Of a stretch of DNA of 38,057 bases, positions 19,988 through 28,133 are shown in pieces. The stretch lies in IMG/VR virus record IMGVR_UViG_3300040985_001906, positions 1-38,057 of that record. One strand, given 5' to 3'. The stretch is from a virus (Duplodnaviria; Caudoviricetes). Position numbers and translations under genes: made by a program. Positions within the stretch are counted from its first letter, which is position 1. Every line of letters begins with the position of its first letter. Below the pieces are notes generated by a model. It was given only the letters and a program-made list of their open reading frames with translations, searched no databases and had not been told where the DNA came from.

Positions 19988-21097
19988 ATGAATGAGGAAG
20001 CAAACATTCTTATAGACAGGATTTCCAAAATCTCAAATGGTATCAAATCAGATCTTAAACCATTAATCATTAAACTATCCAAAAATATAGCAGATAATAT
20101 CAATCATCCTGAAATAAAAGCTATAGCTAATGCTGCTGGTATTAAAGATCCTAAATTAACTGATGTTGCAAGGATTATGAATAGGATCAGAGAGAAGCAG
20201 AGATGGGCATTTGGACATTCAGCTATGTATGATTATCTCGAACCAAAGTACAAGGATGGAAAGAAAGATGTGGTAGGGAACACCAACCTGGTAAGATTAA
20301 CAGATAATAAGATAGAGGAATTAGTAGAATCCTATATAGCAGATAATGTAGATATTGTAGATGAACAGTTAAAGGCATTAAAGAGATTGACAACACCTGC
20401 CAAAGACATCATAACAAAGGCAAGAAAGGAAGAGATGGAACAGTACACATGGAAGTGCCATCTAGCAAATGAACTGGCCTTACTTGCTATCAAGATGGAG
20501 AATGAACATACAGCAGTATCAAAGAAAGAAGTCAGGGATGGAAAAGTTATACCAGGAGGAAAACCATTACATCATCATGATGATAAGTTATGTAAGGAAT
20601 ATGCCAAGAGGACCAAACTCGTAAGAGACAGTAGATTTGCTACAGATGTCAATTCATATGAGGCAATCATAGTGGCCTGTAACACAACAGACTCACTCAA
20701 ACACGCAATAGCAGGAGAGTGGGAGTTTAAGACAGTATGGGAGGTAAAGAAAGATGAGTCAGAATGTAGGGAATGTATTCAAGAAAGATGTGCTGATGAG
20801 AAATGTAACCATGAATGTCACAGGGTAGTTAGGCCAATGACAACCAAAGGATTAAAGTATGCAATTAAAACCAATGAGGACCTAAAGAGTTTAGACAATA
20901 GGATTAAGATGCTAACAGAGGTACAAAATGACATATGTAGATTGGGTAAGATACTCATAGAGAACCCAAAGACTAAGGCTAAACTAGGTGTAGTAGAGAT
21001 AAAGAAACTCATGTTTAACCACGTAGATAGAGAGGAATGTTTACAATGTGATATGTTCCTTAGTAAAAATCCAGGATTCTTTGACACATTCAAATAA
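19988..21097 (+). CDS. Hypothetical 369-aa protein with Cys clusters
   Basis: TTTATATA about 30 nt upstream; CRECIQERCADEKCNHECH, CLQC. Confidence 0.8.
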   Translation: MNEEANILIDRISKISNGIKSDLKPLIIKLSKNIADNINHPEIKAIANAAGIKDPKLTDVARIMNRIREKQRWAFGHSAMYDYLEPKYKDGKKDVVGNTNLVRLTDNKIEELVESYIADNVDIVDEQLKALKRLTTPAKDIITKARKEEMEQYTWKCHLANELALLAIKMENEHTAVSKKEVRDGKVIPGGKPLHHHDDKLCKEYAKRTKLVRDSRFATDVNSYEAIIVACNTTDSLKHAIAGEWEFKTVWEVKKDESECRECIQERCADEKCNHECHRVVRPMTTKGLKYAIKTNEDLKSLDNRIKMLTEVQNDICRLGKILIENPKTKAKLGVVEIKKLMFNHVDREECLQCDMFLSKNPGFFDTFK

Positions 21098-21342
21098 TGA
21101 TAGAAATGAAAATATTACAAGCATTGGAAGAGATCAACTATAAGATTGACGACATACAATCAATGTTAGAGTTGATAGAACCTACTAACGCATTTGAAGA
21201 GGAAGCAGTAGAGGCATTTACTAACGTGTTAAGCAGATACAGAATCATAAAGACATCACTTGAAAACTCTCTAAAAAAAGCAGGGGGGGGTAGTACGGAT
21301 TCATGTCTAAATGGAAAATGTGCTGCTGATTCTGCATGGTAG
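21097..21342 (+). CDS. Hypothetical coiled-coil protein
   Basis: TAATG overlap with the upstream gene. Confidence 0.6.
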   Translation: MIEMKILQALEEINYKIDDIQSMLELIEPTNAFEEEAVEAFTNVLSRYRIIKTSLENSLKKAGGGSTDSCLNGKCAADSAW

Positions 21343-21350
21343 GAAAGAGG

Positions 21351-21611
21351 AAAAATTTCTACCTACTATATAACGCCTAAAAGGTTGGTCCTGGATTACG
21401 GTAAAATAAAGTACAGTACGGTACTCCCCCTTACTGTCATATACCTAATATAAATGTTTCCACCAGGGAAAGCTTTATAATATAGGACCTGGCGAATATC
21501 CAGGACCTGGCGAATATCCAGGGGGGGTACTATAGAAATATCATTTTATCAAATTTTCCAGTAATCAAACAATAACAAGTAATAATAAAAAAAATTTCTA
21601 CCTACTATATA
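21351..21611. repeat. 22-bp direct repeat AAAAATTTCTACCTACTATATA (21351-21372, 21590-21611)
   Basis: Two exact copies in non-coding DNA. Confidence 0.85.
21484..21530. repeat. 18-bp tandem AGGACCTGGCGAATATCC x2 followed by G7-TAC
   Basis: Directly visible; each unit forms CCTGG-N7-CCAGG. Confidence 0.9.
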
Positions 21612-21925
21612 GAACATAAAATTTTTTTGAAATCTTTTTGATATTTAAAGATTACTTTTATTAAAGTATTTTGTATGGATAATAAGCATAGTATGCAAAC
21701 TAAGCATACAATTAGAAAATTTAGATAAAATATTCTAAAGTCTTTATTTTTTCAAATACTAAACAAATACGCAAGATCGGCATAATGTTTTTTAAATTTC
21801 TTAATTCGTATAGAAACTATGAAAACTATATAGATCAATATAGATATTAAGCTTACTAATTACACATTTTGTCAAATTAATCTACATTAAATCTTTATAT
21901 CAAAACTATACGCATACTTAGAGTA

Positions 21926-22129
21926 ATGAAAGTTCAATCATCAAATAAACAAGAATGGTATAATGTAACTTGCGATCAATGTACGTGCCCAGATTTTACT
22001 TTTAGAGATAAAGCACAAAATCGTTTAAGTTGTAAATGTGGAAAAACCTTTGAGTGCAAACTATGTTCTTGTAAGCATCAAAGAGAAAATATAGATCAGT
22101 TAAAAATTGAGGCTTTAGAAAATGAGTGA
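21926..22129 (+). CDS. SWIM zinc-finger protein
   Basis: YNV..CTCPDF...CKH; CTTTATAT about 30 nt upstream. Confidence 0.8.
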   Translation: MKVQSSNKQEWYNVTCDQCTCPDFTFRDKAQNRLSCKCGKTFECKLCSCKHQRENIDQLKIEALENE

Positions 22130-23531
22130 AATATTAAAAATTAAAGATTCAACTTTAGGAAGTACAAAATATATTTTAACTGGCAAACAGCACATAAAAT
22201 TTTTAGGTTTAGAGCTTGAAGGAAGGTACAAAAATGGTCATTCAGAATTAAAAGGAGATTCAAGCGTTGAAGGTTTTGATACTGATTATAATGAATGTGA
22301 AGGTTATTGTAGAGATAATTGTGAATGTTCATCTTATTGTGAATGTGAATCATGTCAAGTATGTGATCAATGTGAAAAATCTTTAGATGAATGTGTATGT
22401 GAATCATGTTTAAAATGTAATGATTGTAATAATGGCTATTCAGATTGTGAATGTGAAATTGAGAAAATATGCGATAATAAAGAATGTGATCCAATGGATC
22501 GATGTAATGAATGTATTGAATCATTCCAAGAATTACAAGATTTAACACATGACTGTAGATATTTCGGTAATACTTACAATAATTGCTGTTTAGATTGTTC
22601 TTGTATCTGTCAATGTGAATGTAATTGTGAAAATAATAATGAAGTTGGTGAAGTATCTAGTCCAAAATTAAAAGTAAATGAAGCTAAAGATTGGATTTTA
22701 AATAATTATCCCGATGAACATAATTCAACTTGTGGATTACATATACATTTGAGTTTTTTAGATGATAAACAAGCTTATCACATTATATCAACTAAAAGAT
22801 TTTATGATCATTTTATGAAGGAAATAAGACAATGGAGTATAGACAGAAAAATTAATGATTATTCAAGATTCATAAAAAGACTAAATGGCGTAAAGTATTC
22901 TTTAGATGAATACCATGCTGATCAGCAAATAATATCAGAATGTGAAACTCGTTATACGCATCTTAATTATTGTTATAATAAATTTACAGATAATAATCAC
23001 GAATTTGGTACGGTTGAAATTCGTGTAGGTACGGTTTTTGATGATCCAAATTTATCAGTCGAATATGTGCATAAAGTAATTCAGATATTTAATGAATATT
23101 TAGATAAAAATAAACCAAATAAATTCATTTATTCAAAATATGTAAAATTGAATAATGCTTACAATTTCACCCTTCATTTAGACATTGAACATAAAGAAAA
23201 AGGAATTGAAATATATGTTAAATCTGATAGATTCAATCAATTATATGATGTTGATAAACAAGATATTAAAAAAATTGAAGTTAATAATTATAAAATGACT
23301 TTTTTCAATTCAATGATTAATCATATTGATCAATCTGAAAATTTTGAATCTCTTAAAGTCTATAATTCGGAAAAAAATTGTTTTTTACCTAATTTTAATT
23401 TCTTAAAGTTGAAGGGTTTAAAAAATGGACAAAAATTCTTTATCAAGGGATTATACACGGAAAAACACATTGATAATTATTTGAGTTTAATAGATGATAA
23501 TTTAGAGTATTTCTGTAAGGAGTATTGTTAA
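22122..23531 (+). CDS. Putative amidoligase (COOH-NH2 ligase, glutamine synthetase/GCS fold) with Cys-rich insert
   Basis: GLELE, DSSV, GEVSSP, CGLHIHLS, RYTHLN, TVEIR motifs. Confidence 0.8.
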   Translation: MSEILKIKDSTLGSTKYILTGKQHIKFLGLELEGRYKNGHSELKGDSSVEGFDTDYNECEGYCRDNCECSSYCECESCQVCDQCEKSLDECVCESCLKCNDCNNGYSDCECEIEKICDNKECDPMDRCNECIESFQELQDLTHDCRYFGNTYNNCCLDCSCICQCECNCENNNEVGEVSSPKLKVNEAKDWILNNYPDEHNSTCGLHIHLSFLDDKQAYHIISTKRFYDHFMKEIRQWSIDRKINDYSRFIKRLNGVKYSLDEYHADQQIISECETRYTHLNYCYNKFTDNNHEFGTVEIRVGTVFDDPNLSVEYVHKVIQIFNEYLDKNKPNKFIYSKYVKLNNAYNFTLHLDIEHKEKGIEIYVKSDRFNQLYDVDKQDIKKIEVNNYKMTFFNSMINHIDQSENFESLKVYNSEKNCFLPNFNFLKLKGLKNGQKFFIKGLYTEKHIDNYLSLIDDNLEYFCKEYC

Positions 23532-23532
23532 T

Positions 23533-24390
23533 ATGTGCGTTATTTCTGTTATTGAGAATTTGGATCAAATACCATCTAAACAAACTACTGAATTAATGGA
23601 AAAAGCAAATAATGATGGTAATGGCTTTTGTAAATGGGATAAAAAACAAAAATGTATCTATATGAAAAAAGGTATAACATTAGATGAATTAAACGAGCTA
23701 ACAAATAAAGCAAAAAACGAGGGTAATTTATCAATGATTCAACATTATAGAATTGCTTCAAGTGGAAATAGTGAGAGTAAATTAAATACACATGGTTTTT
23801 TAATTGAAAATATGTCCAATAATGATTTAGAATGTCATACAAACAAAGATGTCTTTTTTCATAATGGTACGTTAGATATGGATAAGTTAAACGAAATAGC
23901 CATTAAAATTATGACTTTAAACAAATACGCTGTTTATCCTTCAAACCGTGATCAAACGGAAATTTCTGACAGTCGCTTAATGAGTTGGATATTGAATTAC
24001 GTTGATCATTCAATATTGAATCTATTTACAGATAATAATAAATTCGTAATAATGAATGGTAGATCAGGAAAAATTAAAAAATATGGATCATGGGATTTAG
24101 TAAAAGATGAAAATAACAATAATACATTAGTCACATCTAACAATTACTTTAAACAAACTTATTTTCAATATATTACTGATTTTTCATCTTATGACAATGA
24201 AAATTATATGAAATTTGTATCTAATGAAGAGAAAACAGAGATTAAAAGAGTATTAAAAAAATATAAAAATATTGGTTTAACTAAAGATCAAATATATGAG
24301 GAATATTTAGAGTATGGTATTAGCGTATATGACATTGAAGATCAGATCGAAAGTGAGTTAAAAATGAGTGAGAATAATTATGAGTATTGA
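23533..24390 (+). CDS. Class II (Ntn) glutamine amidotransferase
   Basis: Cys2 (MCVI), NNDGNG, HYRIAS, THGF, FHNG, SDS. Confidence 0.88.
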   Translation: MCVISVIENLDQIPSKQTTELMEKANNDGNGFCKWDKKQKCIYMKKGITLDELNELTNKAKNEGNLSMIQHYRIASSGNSESKLNTHGFLIENMSNNDLECHTNKDVFFHNGTLDMDKLNEIAIKIMTLNKYAVYPSNRDQTEISDSRLMSWILNYVDHSILNLFTDNNKFVIMNGRSGKIKKYGSWDLVKDENNNNTLVTSNNYFKQTYFQYITDFSSYDNENYMKFVSNEEKTEIKRVLKKYKNIGLTKDQIYEEYLEYGISVYDIEDQIESELKMSENNYEY

Positions 24391-24763
24391 AGAGGTAAAG
24401 ACATGGCAAATTGATCTTGAAATATCATTATTAACAACTATTACTATGCTTAACCAGCATGGAGTACCTTATGAAAATATTATAGATATGATTGAAATAT
24501 CAGTTAAAAATTGTTTAAGTAAATATGATAAGAATAGAGATTTATTGACTACGGTTTTTAAGAAATTAGAAAAAGAAAATAAAGAAATTACAGAAATAAG
24601 CATTAATGAATCAAATATTAATAATAATGAAATTATCACAAAAATAAATGAATGTGAGTATGATAAATTTCCTTTAAACTGTATATCTAGGGATTATTTA
24701 GAAAAAGATGATATTATGGAATGTTTTATCTTACACAAAGAAACAAGGAAGAGTAGGTTATAA
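24368..24763 (+). CDS. Hypothetical protein
   Basis: ORF coupled to both neighbours; true start possibly 24380. Confidence 0.6.
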   Translation: MRIIMSIEEVKTWQIDLEISLLTTITMLNQHGVPYENIIDMIEISVKNCLSKYDKNRDLLTTVFKKLEKENKEITEISINESNINNNEIITKINECEYDKFPLNCISRDYLEKDDIMECFILHKETRKSRL

Positions 24764-24915
24764 TGGATCTAATGGAGTATGTATTGAACTTACAAGGGGA
24801 ATTTACTAAGGGTATTGAATTACAAACTAAGAGATTAAACGAATTGGAGATTAAGTTAGATAAGGTAATTGAATATCAGTTAAATCATATCAATAAGGAA
24901 TTAGATAAGGTATGA
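24763..24915 (+). CDS. 50-aa coiled-coil protein (not in ORF track)
   Basis: MDLMEYVLNLQGEFTKGIELQTKRLNELEIKLDKV...; TAATG and ATGA overlaps. Confidence 0.55.
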   Translation: MDLMEYVLNLQGEFTKGIELQTKRLNELEIKLDKVIEYQLNHINKELDKV

Positions 24916-25046
24916 ATAAGACTAGGAAATTATATCATTATTGCTGTAAGGAATGTAGCAATTCATCTAATCGTTATAGTCACGAATACTTATACTGTGA
25001 TCTATGTGGTAGTAATGACATCTTTAAGGATATTACTTTTGATTGA
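24912..25046 (+). CDS. 44-aa zinc-ribbon protein (not in ORF track)
   Basis: YCCKEC...YCDLCGS; ATGA overlap. Confidence 0.6.
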   Translation: MNKTRKLYHYCCKECSNSSNRYSHEYLYCDLCGSNDIFKDITFD

Positions 25047-25182
25047 TAGCATATATGGTATAATGTCATTAATATCATTCATGTGTATTATTGGTATATG
25101 TGGATATATTGCAATACCTAAAGACATTAGAGACATTAAGCACATCATTAAAGAGATAAGAGATAAGGATCTCAATCAATAA
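25039..25182 (+). CDS. Small single-pass membrane protein
   Basis: IYGIMSLISFMCIIGICGYIAI then a charged tail; TTG start is uncertain. Confidence 0.45.
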   Translation: MIDSIYGIMSLISFMCIIGICGYIAIPKDIRDIKHIIKEIRDKDLNQ

Positions 25183-25471
25183 CATAGTAAGCATTAATCA
25201 ATCATAGTATAATCATTCATAATATCATTAAGTATTATCATTAAGTATCTAGTCATAAATTATAATATTACTTCCATTACTTTATTAAAAATCAGGGCGA
25301 CCTTTTTCCCTTTATTTATAGTTTTTGGTCCAGCGATATCCTTATATAGCCCAGGAATTGGTCCAAAAAGGCCTATATATACATTACTCTGCTTTATATA
25401 CTAAATGCGATCTCACAAACACTTATTAATAGCTAAAACTATTGTATAATGACGTTTTATTATTTTTTCGC

Positions 25472-25542
25472 GTACCGTACATTACTTTAAAGTACCTGGG
25501 GGTACGGTACGGCCTTATATACTGTACCGTACAGTACAGTAC
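25472..25542. repeat. Cluster of (GTACN)n palindromic repeats
   Basis: GTACCGTAC 25472, GTACGGTAC 25502, GTACCGTACAGTACAGTAC 25524. Confidence 0.85.
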
Positions 25543-25657
25543 TATAAAAACCTACCTCGCCGTAGCAACACTTATATAGGGGGAAAAGTCGTTTTTTAAA
25601 GCCGAAATAAAATTCCGAAAATCAGTCCGACCTAATTATAAAAAAGGATGATTGAAT

Positions 25658-25846
25658 TTAATCAATCTGTCCGAATATTCGTGCTATGTTTTCATCTGCA
25701 TCATCACGCATAACGTATTTTTTTTTAACTACTACTGCACCTGATACACATTGATTAAATAAGGTGTCTGATTTGTGTATGTCTAAATGATGCATACTAG
25801 TAACATTGACTATACGTTGTATTGAATACTTTACTTTGGTCATCAT
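25658..25846 (-). CDS. Hypothetical protein
   Basis: Last gene of the leftward cluster. Confidence 0.5.
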   Translation of the reverse strand: MMTKVKYSIQRIVNVTSMHHLDIHKSDTLFNQCVSGAVVVKKKYVMRDDADENIARIFGQID

Positions 25847-25882
25847 GCTTATTACTGTCTATAGTGTTATTTATCCTTTTGC

Positions 25883-26047
25883 TTACTCTCTTTGTATCTC
25901 ACTTGCTCTCTGAAATACTACCTTATGCTCAGAATTTGCGTTCATATACAGAGTATAATGTTTTAGGCATAGCCACCTACTATCATTACTCTCTCCTAAC
26001 TTTATCCTAGATACTGCTTTCTTGTCACATTGGCCACAATAATTCAT
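25883..26047 (-). CDS. 54-aa Zn-finger protein (not in ORF track)
   Basis: MNYCGQCDKKA...WLCLKH; starts 1 nt after the upstream stop. Confidence 0.6.
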   Translation of the reverse strand: MNYCGQCDKKAVSRIKLGESNDSRWLCLKHYTLYMNANSEHKVVFQRASEIQRE

Positions 26048-26048
26048 A

Positions 26049-26276
26049 TTAAAACCCAAAATTTAAAATATGTTTGATATCTCGTCTTTTACGACTTAAT
26101 AATTCAGGTCCTATTCTTCTGTCAGTAGAAAGCCATTCAGAATCATCATCAACATATATTTCTATACGATCTAGTTGTTTTTGTGCTAATGCTAATGCAT
26201 ATAATAATTGGTCTTTAGTCAAAGGGATTGCTGATGATTCTATCAATTCATCTTCCGTTTGTCTATCAAGAGGCAT
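26049..26276 (-). CDS. Hypothetical protein
   Basis: CTTAAATA TATA-like box upstream. Confidence 0.65.
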   Translation of the reverse strand: MPLDRQTEDELIESSAIPLTKDQLLYALALAQKQLDRIEIYVDDDSEWLSTDRRIGPELLSRKRRDIKHILNFGF

Positions 26277-26345
26277 AATTATATTATAGTTATCTAGTAT
26301 TTAAGGAACACGAAAATGAGCTATTTACTATAGTAGTATATTATC

Positions 26346-26588
26346 CTATCTATTACCTTCTTTACAGAGATATAGAGTAATCTGTTCCATCTCATTCCAG
26401 AAAGCCTTCAACTCTGTAGTATCTGGGTATTCTAGGCCTAACTCTTCCAGGACTTTACTAGCAGATTCTATTGCTGCTTTATCTAATAGACTAAACATCT
26501 CCTGCCTAGCAGAGACTTTGGCATTATCACAACTACCCTGATAATATGCTAGAGTAACTAATTGTTTCTCCCTATTGGTTAGGTTCAC
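26346..26588 (-). CDS. Hypothetical protein
   Basis: Overlaps the upstream ORF in the leftward operon. Confidence 0.6.
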   Translation of the reverse strand: MNLTNREKQLVTLAYYQGSCDNAKVSARQEMFSLLDKAAIESASKVLEELGLEYPDTTELKAFWNEMEQITLYLCKEGNR

Positions 26589-26865
26589 TATTACCCTTAT
26601 CCTTATCCTTATTTATCTCTTCCCTATACTTATTAATCATCCTACCTATTGCCTCCTCTACTAGGTCCATAAAGTCCTGTTCATCCTCTACTGAACCATC
26701 AAATTCCATATATTTTAGTGTAATTCTCATAGCCTGGGCTATATTATGATACACATCCCCCTCAGTTTCTAGACATTTATCCTGCATGGACTTTGTGAGA
26801 TCTCCATTTTCATCTAAGATACCCCAATCTACCATTAATTTACGCTTGTAACGGATGTTTCTCAT
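26572..26865 (-). CDS. Hypothetical acidic protein
   Basis: TTTATATT about 30 nt upstream on the minus strand. Confidence 0.65.
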   Translation of the reverse strand: MRNIRYKRKLMVDWGILDENGDLTKSMQDKCLETEGDVYHNIAQAMRITLKYMEFDGSVEDEQDFMDLVEEAIGRMINKYREEINKDKDKGNSEPNQ

Positions 26866-26945
26866 GATAATTTGATATTAGTATAGAATATAAACTATAA
26901 TATATAATACTATGATCATAGTTTTTTTTCTCAGTGCTTTTAAAA

Positions 26946-26962
26946 GATGGGCTTCGCCCATC
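26946..26962. other. Perfect hairpin GATGGGC-TTC-GCCCATC (GCGAAGC on the minus strand)
   Basis: 7-bp stem, 3-nt loop, GC-rich in an AT-rich intergenic region. Confidence 0.7.
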
Positions 26963-26995
26963 ACTTCCTGTATAGTATAGGTATTGTAAGTAGGT

Positions 26996-27085
26996 ATGAC
27001 TAAAATAGGCCACGTATGCGAACAATGCAAGGACCACTTTGACCATGAGAAAGACTGTGTTGATTGTGAGTGCTGTAAAGTTTAA
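26996..27085 (+). CDS. 29-aa Cys/His-rich micro-protein (not in ORF track)
   Basis: MTKIGHVCEQCKDHFDHEKDCVDCECCKV; CACTTC 34 nt upstream. Confidence 0.55.
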   Translation: MTKIGHVCEQCKDHFDHEKDCVDCECCKV

Positions 27086-27145
27086 ATAGTAGTGTATTAA
27101 ATAGCTATTACGGTTGTCAGGGATTACCCTTATACGGTAGCCCTC

Positions 27146-27394
27146 TTAAACCGTAAAGCCAAAGAATGTAGATACATCATGGCTTTGTATTAACAAAACA
27201 ATTACTACTGCCATTATTGCTCCCAGGAGAGTTGCTATTATATCATTGATCTCTACTACTCCTGTCTTTGTATATCCATCATACCATTCCTTACCAAATG
27301 CAAAGATAAATCCTAATATTATCAATGGAGTGTATATTACACCTGAAATACTTAATATGAAACCCACTATGAAATGTAATACTTTATCATTCAT
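27146..27394 (-). CDS. Small membrane protein (VanZ-like phage family)
   Basis: DKVLHF, GKEWYD, DIIATLLG; several hydrophobic helices. Confidence 0.7.
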   Translation of the reverse strand: MNDKVLHFIVGFILSISGVIYTPLIILGFIFAFGKEWYDGYTKTGVVEINDIIATLLGAIMAVVIVLLIQSHDVSTFFGFTV

Positions 27395-27620
27395 TTTGTT
27401 TCTCAAGAATTATATCTCTATTCTTTTGTCTTGATTTATTATTTCTAAATGATACTTTCATTCTGCAAGAACAACAAGGACAAAATATACCATCATATTT
27501 TAAAAATAACTCACATTTACTACATCTTCTATACCCATCTCTATCTGCTCCTCTGACTATCTTTTTGGCTTCATACTTTTTTAACTTACATTCAACACCT
27601 CCACATATCATCCAAGTCAT
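27387..27620 (-). CDS. Zinc-ribbon protein resembling small Nitrososphaerota proteins
   Basis: RRCSKCELFLKYDGIFCPCCSCRMK; family resemblance recalled from memory, not searched. Confidence 0.65.
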   Translation of the reverse strand: MTWMICGGVECKLKKYEAKKIVRGADRDGYRRCSKCELFLKYDGIFCPCCSCRMKVSFRNNKSRQKNRDIILEKQNE

Positions 27621-27790
27621 CTTACCCACTCCATTTTATTAGTATATTCTTTCAAGTAATTTCCATTCCAGGCAAATATTTCCATCATATATTTACAAGC
27701 CCTACAATATGAGCTATACTCCCAAGCCATTTTATGTATCTTAGATGTTAAACTAACTTTCTTATTACATATATTGCAATATCTCTTCAT
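27617..27790 (-). CDS. 57-aa CxxC protein (not in ORF track)
   Basis: MKRYCNIC...YCRAC; ATGA overlaps at both ends. Confidence 0.6.
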   Translation of the reverse strand: MKRYCNICNKKVSLTSKIHKMAWEYSSYCRACKYMMEIFAWNGNYLKEYTNKMEWVR

Positions 27791-27951
27791 AATCTATTTC
27801 TCCTAAACCTTGCCTTTGTTCGTAATTGACGACCACAATCAGGACAATATAATCCTGGATTTTCTTTTTTCTCAAACCATTTATTCTCTTGTGAACAAAA
27901 GTTATGAGTCTTATACGAAACATATAATCCTCCTTTTAATCTGTATGGCAT
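27787..27951 (-). CDS. 54-aa zinc-ribbon protein (not in ORF track)
   Basis: MPYRLKGG...FCSQE...YCPDCGRQLRTKAR; stop overlaps the next ATG. Confidence 0.6.
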   Translation of the reverse strand: MPYRLKGGLYVSYKTHNFCSQENKWFEKKENPGLYCPDCGRQLRTKARFRRNRL

Positions 27952-28133
27952 TAGGTATAATAAGTAAGAACAGGGATAAAAAGGTTGTGTTAAAAGAGTT
28001 TATAAACGGATTACGTAAATCCTTTTCAGGTAAGGATTACTTGAGAGAGATTAACCAATGCGATAAGTGTGGCAAACCTAGTTTTAGTAAATGGTGTATG
28101 GTATGTGAAGTGGAACAGAGGTATAATGACTAG
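27945..28133 (+). CDS. Small Zn-finger protein upstream of terminase
   Basis: CDKCGK...CMVC; ATG 27945 preferred over TTG 27810. Confidence 0.6.
   Translation: MALGIISKNRDKKVVLKEFINGLRKSFSGKDYLREINQCDKCGKPSFSKWCMVCEVEQRYND

Noticed and set aside
21484-21522. Tandem repeat as a mini-CRISPR array
   Set aside because: Two adjacent 18-bp units with no spacer and no cas genes.
22296-22628. Cys-rich insert as an intein
   Set aside because: No intein block motifs, no terminal His-Asn, no endonuclease domain.
25822-26289. Plus-strand ORFs 25822-26010 and 26074-26289
   Set aside because: They overlap a coherent minus-strand operon and lack upstream signals.
26840-27046. 68-aa minus-strand ORF
   Set aside because: Runs through a hairpin and the promoter of the next gene; the opposite-strand Cys-rich micro-ORF is better supported. 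Not fully excluded.
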